DNA of 64,000 bases, taken from assembly GCA_032718475.1 (NCBI GenBank), contig JAUCBJ010008809.1, positions 1 through 64,000 of the forward strand, read 5' to 3'. Below are positions 45,240 through 58,600 of the stretch, in pieces; within the stretch, counting starts at the first letter, position 1; each line of letters opens with the position of its first letter. The position numbers were made by a program, and so were the translations under genes. Origin of the DNA: Nemertoderma westbladi. Taxonomy: Eukaryota > Animalia > Xenacoelomorpha. The notes below the pieces were generated by a model. The model was not told the DNA's origin. It did no database searches and was given only the letters and a program-made list of their open reading frames with translations.

Positions 45240-45522
45240 GCTTCTTTGTTGCAGTAAGCAATAAAGTTGAAAGTACCGGTCAACCGGTAAACCTGAACCG
45301 GTACATTCTGTAGGTCAGTAGGCCTAACTGTTCTAACCGGTACTTCCGTATAAGTACACTAGTATTATTCGATTTGATTGTTGTATACCGGTAGGCTGTT
45401 TAGGGGATTAGGGATTGATCACCCCTTATTCCTTTATATGGTTTACTTATCTCTGTCAAGTTTTATTTATTTGTAGGCCAGTATTGAACAGAAGGCGTGT
45501 AAACCTGATCAGATTGTACAGA

Positions 45523-46085
45523 CAATTTGTAGGCTGAGCTGTTGTCTGATTGCTGTTAAGTCTGAACGGATTACAGTGTGTGTAGAGCACTTGTCCGATT
45601 AAGTACGATTAGGCAGTAGGGGCAGCGAACGCTGTAAGGTAATCCCCCAACTAAAGAATAAGTCGCACTACTGGGTTAGAGCGCATACTCCCTAATCATT
45701 TCGGAGTCTGCATGTCCTGTGGTTTATTTAGGCTTGAGAGTGGTCTGCCATCGTTTAGTCTGTACTTTGTTGTGTAAGTCTGTACGGGTAGCGTATAATT
45801 TTATTTAGATAATTTGTAGGCTGGATAGTTGTCTGGCTGTTATTAGGTCTGAACGGATTGCCGCGTGTGTAGATCATCTGTCCGATTAAGTACGATTAGG
45901 CAGTAGGGGCAGCGAACGCTGTAAGGTAATCCCCCAACTAAAGAATAAGTCGCACTACTGGGTTAGAGCGCATACTCCCTAATCATTTCGGAGTCTGCAT
46001 ATACCGTAGTTTGTTTAGGCTTGATAGTAGTCTGTCAGTGTTCGGTCTGTATTTTGTTTGAGTAGTTTGTACGCGTAGCGTAATA
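45523..46085. repeat. ~288-bp tandem duplication in the leader of element A
   Basis: AATTTGTAGGCTG...GTAGCGTA occurs twice (45524, 45811); element B has a single copy. Confidence 0.85.
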
Positions 46086-47408
46086 TTTATTATTCAGAGT
46101 TTATGCGATTATCCGCAACATTCAAGTCCCCAAGTTTGTTCCTACAGTAATTGTGTTTGTTATACATACCGCTATAGTTAAATTAACCCCGGTACTACAC
46201 GGGCTGCTCGGCGTAGGTCAAGACTGGTGATTTTGTGCATCGGTCACTCCAGCAGATGCCGTGGTTCTTTTAGCTGTTCAAGTATATTTAACTACTGATT
46301 ATTTGTTATACAAGTACTTGTACCTAATTTAGGGTTTAGTGTACAATACTTTCCGAAGTAATTATTGTAGGCATTATATTTGTGTTGTAAAGTGGTTGAT
46401 AGGCACATTCGATTAGCTCTATTAACTTCTAGGTAGGAACACTCCGTGATACATAACGTAGAACCTATAGCGATACGGCTATAGGTCGTCAGGCGGTGGT
46501 ATTTTCCTATCTAGACAACGCAGTGTATTTACTACTACTTATTATTTCAAATACCGTAGTACCCTGTCCGCTGTGATAACCAGTTTTCTAACCCTTTGTT
46601 AGGCTGGTTTGTAGACTTCTTGTAAAATTACCCTAAAAATTCGTATTTTGTGTTTTTTGTAAATTTTTGTGTTTATTTAGAGATTGTAATCTCAACCCGA
46701 ATTGTACGTAATTTGTAGTATAAGTAACTTAGGTAAATTAGTAATATTTGTTTTAGTGTCCTATAAGTAACACTTCACTGAAAGCGCACCGCTTTGTGTA
46801 GTGATTACTCCCCAGAAATAATAACATTTATTTCAAACATTGACAAAACCCATTAAAACGGGTATATATATATTATAAATCAAATCTAACGATTTATAAA
46901 TAGTAGGCCTACCATACAACCATTAGGTCTCAATATCAGTTGGATTATTGCTTAAATAACGGTAATAAAGTAAGTTAAAGTAACCAAGTAACCCTAAAGT
47001 TCAGAAATTCAGTTATTTTAAAATAATTGATATACCGGTATTTATGATAGGCCTATTATCTTTATTTCTATAATCTAGGCTGAAATTATACCGGTACGTG
47101 TAATTAATTCTATTTCAGAATTATATATACTACAAACTGTAAGCTGTATACCGGTATTCCGATAGGCCTATTATATTTTTATATATATTTGTGCTAAAAT
47201 TATACCGGTATTCTGAGATAAACCTAGTCTGTAATAATACTTATATAGTTATATATACTATAAGCATACCGGTATTCTAATATATTATATATATCACGCT
47301 ACACTGAGTAGCAGTACCGGTAATTAATTACTAGGCTAGCAGTTAATACTGAGTTACTAGACTTGCTCAGACTGTAATACAGCAGTAGACATTCAACTGT
47401 ACACAAAC

Positions 47409-48329
47409 ATGTCTGACGCAAAGCAGAACCTGTCAGACAGTCTACTAGATACAACGGAGAGTGAAGCGACATTAGAGAAACGGCCTGCTCAACCGCAGCC
47501 ACTACAGACCTATGCGGTAAGAACTAGAGTAGGTTGGTACCTTACTGGACCTTCCGGTAGAACGCTCAGGGAAAGACTGCTTCAAGATCGCGTCTGCCAG
47601 ATGAGTGAATGGGAAGATGATACTAGTGAGGGAGACGACCCAACTGAGGGAACACCACACTCCTCAGATAATGACAATCTTAGCTCCAATGTAGATCAAT
47701 GGAGATATTGCCCCAAGAAGTTTAATCCAACGGACATCGCTTCCAGAGGAGCAACTCCTCAAGAACTGACAGATACTACAGACCGATTAGGTGAACCCGA
47801 CTTCCTGAGTAAGGAGAATGAATGGCCTCCCCATCTTACTCCGACTGAGATTATACCAGCCAAGGGAGCGGAGAAAGTCGAACCTGAAACCCGGACGTGT
47901 GGATCGGAGTTATTTGAACCCGGGATAGATCTGTCGGTATTACATGTTGCCAGGGACGACGCCGTGGATCTGGGCCTCCCCACCGCGAGTGGATCCTTCA
48001 TGAAGATCAGAGAGAGCGATTGGAGCTCTGGAACATCAGACGTCTCGCAGGGACTCTCACCTCTCCTGCAGAGAGCGACGGACCACTATAGCTCCTGGAA
48101 TCGGCTTTGTGACGCCGTCATATACTTTGAGCGATGTTTCTATCGTCACTATTCCAGGACGAAGAGGAAACCTGGAATTGTATTCAGGATGCAGCGACTC
48201 AATCACCCAGTCGGTCGTTTGTGTTTATCGGAAGGGAATGGAGGACTCTCCGGAAACTGTGGAAGGCAAGATTCTCTTCCCACGACCACCTCCCTAATCC
48301 TTCAAACATCTAGGGACTCCATAACGTAA
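47409..48329 (+). pseudogene. Internally deleted gag-pro ORF of element A (306 aa)
   Basis: N-terminal 14 aa, ESEAT and the C-terminal ~285 aa are collinear with the 1638-aa ORF of element B. Confidence 0.85.
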
Positions 48330-49957
48330 CAACATATGGAGTGGGTGTGTGACTCTATTATTTTATATTATTTTATTATTTTTATATTTCTGTATGTATT
48401 ACTATGTAATTTTATTATAATCGTTTTCTTTAATTTTATTCAGTAGAATGTTATTTTAGCGATTATTTAGTAGATTAGTGCAATATATATTCGCGTTTAT
48501 TACTTAATTACATATATATTATATTTAATGAGACGGCAAGAAATAATTCTTTTTCTCTTTCCTTACTGTCCGTATTACATTACAAATACGTAACTACAGT
48601 AAGATGAAATGTCCGTACTTATTAAAGTACAATAAAGCCACTACTATATTCAAGTATTATTGGTAGGCAGAGTATTAGGAATGCAAAGTTCAGATCCTCG
48701 TGTCTCGGCTAAACCAAGCTCTGGGTAGACCTTGGAAACGACTTGCCTCTTCACACTGACATTGCTTCGTGCGATATTGCTCTCATACCGTATATTAAAT
48801 AATACATATAGTAGCGTGATGTCCCTTTAACAGTAGCGTATAACGCAAAATAAATCTGTTAAACCCTTTGACCATCTGTAATTCTAGTCGATTAAGATAT
48901 CGTGGCACCCACCGATATACTTGAAAGACAAATTATAGAATCAATGGTTAACGTCACCAGACAAGTTCTGGAATAAATCGGTGCCCATCTCAAATATTAA
49001 TTATTTAATATTTGCAAATCTAATACGTCAAAATCTGTAAAATTCAGATCCTTTAACAATTCTAGTCGATTAAGATATCGTAGCATTTACCGATATTCTT
49101 AAAAAGACAATTGTCATAGAATTAAGGATCTTGTGTCCCTAGACATGTTCTAGAATCAAAATATGTCCATTTAATTATCAAATAATAAAATTTCAGGGAA
49201 TAAATTTAAATTCATGTCTTTTAATGAATTTAATAAATTGCCATTTTACGCAATTTATAACATTCCCAAAATTCCATTAATTAATAGATCAAGGGAGCGG
49301 AGATTTATATTATTATGCGTATGCGTGTACGAAAGTCTCCCAAACATAGTCAATAGCCGATAAAATTCATAAAGTCATGTATAAAACCGAACATTGACTA
49401 TTAAAGAATACTATTAAATAACATCCCAGATCTGTATGCATTGGAACTACCCTAATTCTACCGCTAGCTTTGCATAATGTCACCATAGCAACAACCACGC
49501 TAGAATTAGAATTGAGTTAACGAAAAATAGAAAGCCTGTCCCATTGAATAGCATAGGGAATAAATAGCGCACTACTAGTATCCAAGGATACATAATAATA
49601 CAGTGACATTCTGGAAGGCATTGACTAACGGACAAATGGCCCGAATGTGTGTAATTTGTGACAAGTTGTGTGTGTGGTATTTGTGAGTTTATAGGTGAAT
49701 GTTACTGCTAAGGTGTGTTTACAGTAGCTAGTCGCAATCGTAAAAGTAACCTAACTCTCCAAGGAAAACCTGAAGTACATCTAAGTCTTTGGGACGGACA
49801 GTCGAGTGACTTGTGTCGGTTGTCGTTGTCGTTGTGCGGCTACGTCGTTGGCGAAAGTACAGCGGCGACGACACATCGGCGCTGAGGATCTCGTACTGTC
49901 CGGGGGTTAATTGGAGTAGGCAGCGACGCTTGCTAGCCTGAATATAAACTCCTTATA

Positions 49958-50290
49958 ATGTGGATAAACTCATATATAGCAGACATGATGGAGTTGATAG
50001 CAGATGTTCTTGGTATCGGGGAGCGATATACTCTACTTTTGCAAGCGTTTGTTGATAGCTTAATACGCGGCGACGTTAGTCCAACTGCTGCGGAGGACGA
50101 TGGTCGTTATATCGAACCGCCAATGTCCCAAGAGCAGCTCGCGCGCGAGTTGGACTATAGAAAATTCGCTGCTCGATATACGCAGCGTAATGGTACGTAT
50201 ATGGTCTTCTTAACCACTGGTCATCCTATCGATTTACACAATACTGACTATGTCGACTATATATCCTGCCCAGCGGAGTCGGAACCATAA
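49958..50290 (+). CDS. Hypothetical 110-aa ORF in the extra 3' region of element A
   Basis: ATG-initiated, non-repetitive and protein-like in composition; no motif recognised. Confidence 0.3.
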   Translation: MWINSYIADMMELIADVLGIGERYTLLLQAFVDSLIRGDVSPTAAEDDGRYIEPPMSQEQLARELDYRKFAARYTQRNGTYMVFLTTGHPIDLHNTDYVDYISCPAESEP

Positions 50291-51396
50291 ACTGAAATCC
50301 GAATGCGAAAATTCTATTCGAAATCGACTCGAAAGAAAAGGCACTAAAGAAACAAATAAACGCGGTAACTCCAACGTATATTTGGAATTCTTGATAGAAT
50401 CATTGTAACTACAAATAAATATCATCCGCGTTTCCCCTACCAGACGTGCGTCTTGGGTATTATTACGGTAAATGCCCTAGACCCAGCCAATAAACGGAAA
50501 GACATAAACATCCACGGAAACGTTGTGTTAAATACAGTTGTGTTCGTTATATTTACTGGAGTTTCGAGCGAAACTTGTTTGACGTATCACCTATGCTCAC
50601 TCGGCTCTAACGATCCTAGAGTAAACCTACGATCAGAGTCCCGGAATACTCGGTCAAACCTCCTCATTCCTTAGTTGGACCTCAGACCTGCGATCCTGGT
50701 GGTGTCGCGGATCCTCGCGGACGGTATTCACTGTTCAAAGATCTAGTGCTACCCTAACAATTAATCGGTAACACTCCGACAGTGATTTCTAGCTAGCCGC
50801 CCATCTTACCTAGCCGGATTGTGACGCGGACACCTAATATCACTATCCAACCGTATGGTCGTCCCCGTTTAACGCGATACAACCCCTCATCAAGGTGAAG
50901 GAGAGCTTTGTACGAAACGAGTTAAACGCTATTCTATAAAGATCAAAAGAGAAACCTGCGTTTGTTCAGATAAACGTAAGTTATAACAGTAAGTCCAGTC
51001 GATAAACGAATTGGCCTTATCTCAATTCGATTGGGAAATCCAGAATCTCTAAGAAGTTATCGAACTTGGACGATCCTATTCTCTGCGAGAGTTTTTGGAT
51101 GAACGTATCCAGCTACGAGCGGAGGAAAATCAGCTCGAGGAGAAGCATATCGAAACGGCAGATACCTCGACCATAAACCTACACCTTCTGATGCAATCAT
51201 ATTGCACCCTTCACCCAGGAGTTATGGCCCTCCTAGTAAAGTGGCTCCCCCCAAAGAGAAAAAGACTCTTGCTAGCCTCAAAAAACTGCGTAAACGCCGT
51301 CTGCGTAAGAAAGACTAACTGTTTAGAGTATCTTTATGTTTTAGAAACTGTGATTTTTATATTTTATAGACTGAAAATCCCATTTTCTGGGAGCGG

Positions 51397-52624
51397 TGTA
51401 AAAGCTTTTACTGAATTGTCCGGTTATTTTTCCTTATTTTTCCCGTAAAGTACTCTGTAGTTGGTTTACCAGGCATAAAAAGGCCGTGTCCTTGCTGTAC
51501 TGGTGTTTTAGCGGACATAAAAGCTATTTCTTCTGTATTTGTACTTTAGAGGACATAATCCGTAATTCCGTGACGTAAAAGCTCGATACTCTTGAAAACA
51601 GTGTCGCTACCATGACGACGGCTAGCAGCTGATATTGCCACGTCGACGTTTCTTTGTTTCTCTGTTCTCTCGTTGTTCATGTTGACCAATCAGAGCGTTT
51701 GTGATCTCTGTGTTGGAGGTATATACAGAAACTCAGTAGTTCAGTGTTATGTTTTTGTCCAGAGCCTAAGAACCGGCTTTGGCACCTCCGTGTTTTAGTT
51801 TTTAGTCTTACACTAGTAGGTTTAATTATAAAGGGCATATATCCTTTAACGCACCTACCTGACTCATGGAATCACTGCATACTGATGACTGATGTCTGCA
51901 TACTGCAGTACTGCATACACTGCATACTGTGTAACATTGTGCATACCTTTATATTGTTATACTGCTATTTACCGTCAGTTCTTCATAATATGGTTGATGA
52001 ATAATTATATTTGGAATAACGATAAACAACCCCGAAACCCAATGTTCTTGATATACCGAAGGTAAGAGAGAAGGGTTACAGATAAACGATTGTGACTTAT
52101 GTTAAAGTGGTTTGAAGTGAATCTAATGTTATTTGATAGACCCTACATGAGCCAGTCTGTGTTCCTTTTATATGTGACTAAAATCAGTGAAGATCGGCAG
52201 ATAAGTGTGCAGTATTGTGCAGCATTGTGTATGAGTGAGTCTGTTAAAGAAGCATTCCTAAAGAATGCGCCATATATGTGAATTATAATTAAGCCATATC
52301 GTTGTGAGTGGTTTAAGTCATAACTCTGTTTATATAGATAAAGCGCCACGTCCTAAAGGAACTGTTAATATTCCCGAAGGTGAATAATATTGTCAGAGAT
52401 TATATAATACTGTCAGTCGAATAATACATTAGGCTTACATAGCAATAAAATTAAACCGTCGAACCCAATCTCCCGGGAATTTCCAGCGGGTGAATGGTCG
52501 CGCACGGATTGGTTTCGACTAGTGTAGTGAATCAAATACTTGTCATAGACTAAAAACTGATTTAATATCTAGAAGACATCTTAATTTGGTGGGTTAAACT
52601 GCCAAAGGTCTGAAAGCGCGAACA
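51397..52624 (+). repeat. 3' LTR of element A
   Basis: Near-identical to 44000-45227 and followed by the TSD GTAGG. Confidence 0.96.
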
Positions 52625-52857
52625 GTAGGCCTTATACAGGCTACACTACAATACAGTAGCTACGGTACTGTGGCGAAAACTAGGCCTAGGCGTCGTAGTT
52701 TTAAGAGTCCTTCGATGTAGTAACACCAGCTGTTACCGAAGGGAATGCAACGATGTGACGGCTACCAATGTAGAGGTAGTTAAGATATTTCTTTAACGTA
52801 TTCGACTGCTCGTGAGGGGATACGGACCATTCCGGACCCAGACAATTCTAAGGAGCG

Positions 52858-54032
52858 TGTTCGCGCTTTTAGACCTTTGGCAGTTTAACCCGCCAAATTA
52901 GGATGTCTTCTAGATAATAAATCACTTTTAGCCTCTGACAAGTATTTGATTCACTACACTAGTCGAAACCAATCGGTGCGCGATCATTCACCCGCTGGAT
53001 ATACCCGGGAGATTGGGTTCGACGGCTTAATCGTATTGCTATGTAAGCCTAATGTATTATTCGACTGACAGTATTATATAATCTCTGACAATATTATTCA
53101 CTTTCGGGGAATATTAACAGTTCCTTTAGGACGTGGCGCTCTATCTATATAAACAGAGTTATGACTTAAACTACTCACAACGATATGGCTTAGTTACAAT
53201 TCACATATATGGCGCATTCTTTAGGAAATGCTTCGTTATCAGTCTCACTCATACACAATGCTGCACAATACTGCACACTGATCTGCCGATCTTCACTGAT
53301 TTTAGTCACATATAAAAGGAACACGGACCGAATCATGTAGGGTCTATCAAATAACATTAGATTCACTTCAAACCACTTTAACATAAGTCACAATCGTTAT
53401 ATGTAACCTTTCTCTCTTACCTTCGGTATATCAAGAATATTGGGTTTTCGGGGTTATTTATCGTTATTCCAAATATAATAATTCATCAACCATATTATGA
53501 AGAACTGACAGTAAATAGCAGTATAACAATATAAAAGTATGCACAGGTTGTTTGATTAGGTATGGTATATTATGTTTAGATAACGGATATATGTCCTTAT
53601 AATTAAGCCTACTAGTGTAAGACTAAAAACTGAAAACACGGAGGTGCCAAAAGCCGGTTCTTAGGCTCTGGGCAAAACATAACACTGAACTACTGAGCCT
53701 CTGTATACACCTCCAACACAGAGACAACAAACGCTCTGATTGGTCAACCGAACAACGAGAGAACAAAGAAACAAAGAAACGTCGATGTGGCAATATCAGC
53801 TGTTAGCCATCGTCATGGTAGCGACACTGTTTTCAAGAGTATCTAGCTTATCGCGTCACGAGATTGTGGATTATGTCCTCTAAAGTACAAATACAGTACA
53901 AATACATAAGAAATGACTTTTATGTCCTCTAAAACACCAGTACAGCAAGGACACGGCCTTTTTATGCCTGGCAAACCAACTACAGAGTACTTTAAGGGAA
54001 AATAACCGGTTAATGACGCAAAAGCTTTTACA
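52858..54032 (-). repeat. 3' LTR of element B
   Basis: Reverse strand reads TGTAAAAGC...GCGCGAACA. Confidence 0.96.
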
Positions 54033-55625
54033 CCGCTCCCAGAAAATGGGATTTAAGTCTATAAAATATAACAAATCACAGTTTCTAAAATATAAAAATA
54101 CTCTAAAAAATCGTAAAAATACGACAACGACAACCGGCACAAGTCACTCGACTGTCCGTCCCAAAGGCTTAGATACACCTCAGGTTCTTACTGGAGAGTT
54201 AGGGTTACTTTCACAATTGCGACTCGCTACTGTAAACACACCTTAGTAGTAACATTCGCCTATAAACTCACAAATACCACACACACAACTTGTCACAAAT
54301 TACCCACACTCGGGCCATTTGTCCGTTAGTCAATGCCTTCCAGAATGTCACTGTATTATTATGTATCCTTGGATACTAGCAGTGCGCTATTTATTCCCTA
54401 TGCTATTCAATGGGACAAGCTTTCTATTGTTCTTTTAACTCAATTCTAATTCTAGCGTGGTTGTTGCTATGGTGACATTATGCAAAGCTAGCGGTAGAAT
54501 TAGGGTAATTCCAATGCATACAGATCTGGGATGTTATTTAATAGTAATTCTTTAATGGTCAATGTCCTGTTTTATACATGACTTTATGAATTTTATCGGC
54601 TATTGACTATGTTTGGGAGACTTTCGCACACTCATACGCATAATAAGATAAATCTCCGCTCCCTTGATCTATTAATTAATGGAATTTTGGGAATGTTATA
54701 AATTGCGTAAAAATGGCAATTTATTAAATTCATTAAAAGGCATGAATTTAAATTTATTCCCTGAAATTTTATTATTTGATAATTAAATTGACATATTTTG
54801 ATTCTAGAACATGTCTGGGGACACAAGATCCTTAATTCTATGAAAATTGTCCTTTTAAGAATATCGGTAAATGCTACGATATCTTAATTGACTAGAATTG
54901 TTGAAGGATCTGAATTTTACAGATTTTGATTTATTGGATTTGCAAATATTAAATAATTAATATTTGAGATGGGCACCGATTTATTCCAGAACTTGTCTGG
55001 GGATGTTAACCACTGATTCTAGAATTTGTCTTTCAAGTATATCGGTGGGTGCCGCGATATCTTAATCGACTAGAATTACAGATGGTCAAAGGGTTTAACA
55101 GATTTATTTTGCGTTATACGCTACTGTTAAAGGGACATCACGCTACTATATGTATTATTTAATATACGGTATGAGAGCAATATCGCACGAAGCAATGTCA
55201 GTGTGAAGAGGCAAGTCGTTTCCAAGGTCTACCCAGAGCTTGGTTTAGCCGAGACACGAGGATCTGAACTTTGCATTCCTAATACTCTGCCTACCAATAA
55301 TACTTGAATATAGTAGTGGCTTTATTGTACTTTAATAAGTACGAAGATTTCATCTTACTGTAGTCACGTATTGATAATGTAATACGGGCAGTAAGGAAAG
55401 AGAAAAAGAATTATTTCTCGCCGTCGCACTAAATATATAATATACGTAATTAAATAATAAACGCGAATATATATTGCACTAATCTACTAAATAATCTCTA
55501 AAATACCATACTACTAAATAAAATTAAATAAAACGATTAAAATAAAATTACATAATAATACATACATAAATATAAAAATAAAACAAATACAAAATAATAG
55601 AGTCACACACCCACTCCATATGTTG

Positions 55626-58600
55626 TTACGTTATGGAGTCCCTAGATGTTTGAAGGATTAGGGAGGTGGTCGTGGGAAGAGAATCTTGCCTTCCACAGTT
55701 TCCGGAGAGTCCTCCATTCCCTTCCGGTAAACACAAACGACCGACTGGGTGATTGAGTCGCTGCATCCTGAATACAATTCCAGGTTTCCTCTTCGTCCTG
55801 GAATAGTGACGATAGAAACATCGCTCTAGGTACACGATGGCCTTACAAAGCCGATTCCAGGAGCTATAGTGGTCCGTCGCTCCCTGCAGGAGAGGTGAGA
55901 GTCCCTGCGAGACGTCTGATGTTCCAGAGCTCCAATCGCTCTCTCTGATCTTCATGAAGGATCCACTCGCGGTGGGGAGGTCCAGATCCACGGCGTCGTC
56001 CCTGGCAATATGTAATACCGACAGATCTATCCCGGGTTCAAATAACTCCGCTCCACCCGTCCGGGTTTTAGGTTTAACTTTCTCCGCTCCCTTGGCTGGT
56101 CTAATCTCAGTCGGAGTAAGATGGGGAGGCCATTCATCCTCCTTACTCAGGAAGTCGGGTTCACCTAACCGGTCTGTAGTATCTGTCAGTTCTTGAGGAG
56201 TTGCTCCTCTGGAAGCGATGTCAGTTGGATTAAACTTCTTGGGGCAATATCTCCATTGATCTACATTGGAGCTAATATCGTCATTATCTGAGGAGTATGG
56301 TGTTCCCTCAGTTGGGTCGTCTCCCTCACTAGTATCATCTTCCCATTCACTCACCTGGCGGACGCGATCTTGAAGCAGTCTTTCTCTGAGCGTTCTTCGG
56401 GAAGGTCCAGTAAGGTACCAACCTACTCTAGTTCTTACCGCATAGGTCTGAAGTGGTTGCGGTTGAGCAGGTCGTTTCTCCAATGTCTCCAGCGCCTCAT
56501 GCGCGTTTTGACCGATTAATATTTGTACTCCAGGATAATCGGTGTCGAATCTAGGGATGTTAAGTTGTTGGGCATGATCATCTTCGTCCCAATTATAAGG
56601 TTCCACTTGGGTGGTAGCGAAGTTCTTTATTGCCACCATTTTGACTGACCTTATACTGTATTCTCCTAGTTTATCCTGTGGAGTGGACAACTCACCTATA
56701 TAATAGTCGGCAGCTACAGTAGAATTCCAAACCTGCATGATCCCTGACATGTTTAGCTTGGTTCGGAACTTGGGTTGTCCAGCAAAGATGACTTCGGCTA
56801 GTTCTTTATCGATGAATGTTCCTGTGCTACCGGAGTCCAGGAGGGCGTTCACTATATAGCTCTTCTGAGGTCCGTGGACCCGTAACTGGACTACAGGAAA
56901 TTCTCGGATTCCTATATTGGAAGTTGGCGCTTTCCAAGATGGTTGTTGATCAGAAGTAGTTAAGGTAAGGTCGCTGTCTGTGTCTTTCTCATGCACGAGT
57001 GCTCGATACACTGCGGTGGTGTTTATTAGGTAACAGGATTCGTTTTGGTCGGAGAACTCGTCCGTATAGAATCCTTCCATCTCAGATTGATCAGTGTCGT
57101 TCACATCACTGAATTGGACATGTAGTTCGGAATCACTTACCTGATTCGGACTATTTCGCTCGAATTCAGCGTGCAACAAGATATGATGTTTCGCACCACA
57201 CTTTGCACACCTTATGTCAGAGTAACAGGTTCGCCGTTGGTGTCCTTGTCTGAGGCAATTATAACACAACCGCTTGTCCCACATGACTTCACGTCTCTCA
57301 GTTAATGATTTCTTTAGAAATTCATCACACATATTCAAGCGATGGGTCCCATCACATAGCGCACATTTTGGTTTGATGTTACTCACCTTAATCTGAGTCA
57401 CATTGTGTACACTTGCCTTTTCTTCGGGCTTTCTCACCTGAATTCTCTTGGGAGACGTAGGAGGAGTTTTTCTTACCTGTTCTCTCCTGTCATTTGTTCG
57501 AGACTTGAATTTACTTACCTGATCTTTAGGCATTTTATTTACGTAATAAGATCTATCAGTGTCTTTCCCGCTATCTTCTCCTTGAGAAGTCTGGCTTTCA
57601 CCGTCGTCTGTATAACACACTGGTGTTACCTTTCTCCTAGAGACGGGTTTTTCACTTACCTTGTTTTCCGGTGTCTTCTCTCTGGACAGTTTCAGGAGCT
57701 GTAATTTCACTTCTCCATCTAGGAATGACATGAGATCAGCCATGGTAGGGTCTCGTTGTTGTTGTTCCATCATATATAACACTTTCTTATCCCAGCGTGT
57801 ACCTACTCCACCTTTCGGTAAAGTAGAAGCCACTGCTCTAATAACCATAGTGTTCTGATACTCATGAGACTTACCTAGCCAATCTAATTGTCTGCAGATC
57901 TCCTGGATCTCATCGGAAAACTCGATAATCCCGCTGCTAATAAACTTTCGGGGCGCTATCAACTTTGCATACAAATACCCAGCGATGTTATTCCTATTAC
58001 CATACCTTATGTTTAGTGTATCCCAAACTTGTCTTAATCCGTCTGGATGTCCAATAAACTTTAACGCCATTAACTTGGGAGATCCTTCCAAGCACTCGAT
58101 GAGGAATCTAAGTTTCTCTCCATTAGATAGCACAGAGTTCTGTATGTTATCTTTGTAATATTCATTAAAAGGTAACCATTTCATCTCATCTCCATTGAAC
58201 TTGACGATCTCTCCCACCTTTACCGCTTGCCGGGCTTCGGTTCTAGCCATTTGATGCGTAAAACTTTCTTGGGCCATCGTGTTATTTAATATTGAGTTAT
58301 CGGTATATAAATTTCTCGGATTATGATCCGGTCTATAGGGAATATCATTATCAACAGGTCTATAATTACCCTTAATAGGGTTCACTATAGGAGTTTCTAC
58401 TTCGCTAGCAGTATAGATGCGTGTAGGCTCCACACCTTGCGCATGAGATACTTCAGACCTAACAGGTTGACACATTGTTACAAGGGGTGGTGGTATACCC
58501 TTTTGTAAATTTACTAATTTATCGCGTTCTAGCGCGATATTTTGCTGCACTTCCTGCAACTCTAACCTACTTTCCTTTACGGTTCCCTTTAACTGTTGAA

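Larger units (their letters stand above)
44000..52624 (+). mobile_element. BEL/Pao LTR retrotransposon A, non-autonomous deletion derivative
   Basis: TGT...ACA LTRs of 1228 bp (I saw 1 mismatch), 5-bp TSD GTAGG, purine tract GGGAGCGG before the 3' LTR, and the QWRYCPKKFNPTDIASRG motif. Confidence 0.95.
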
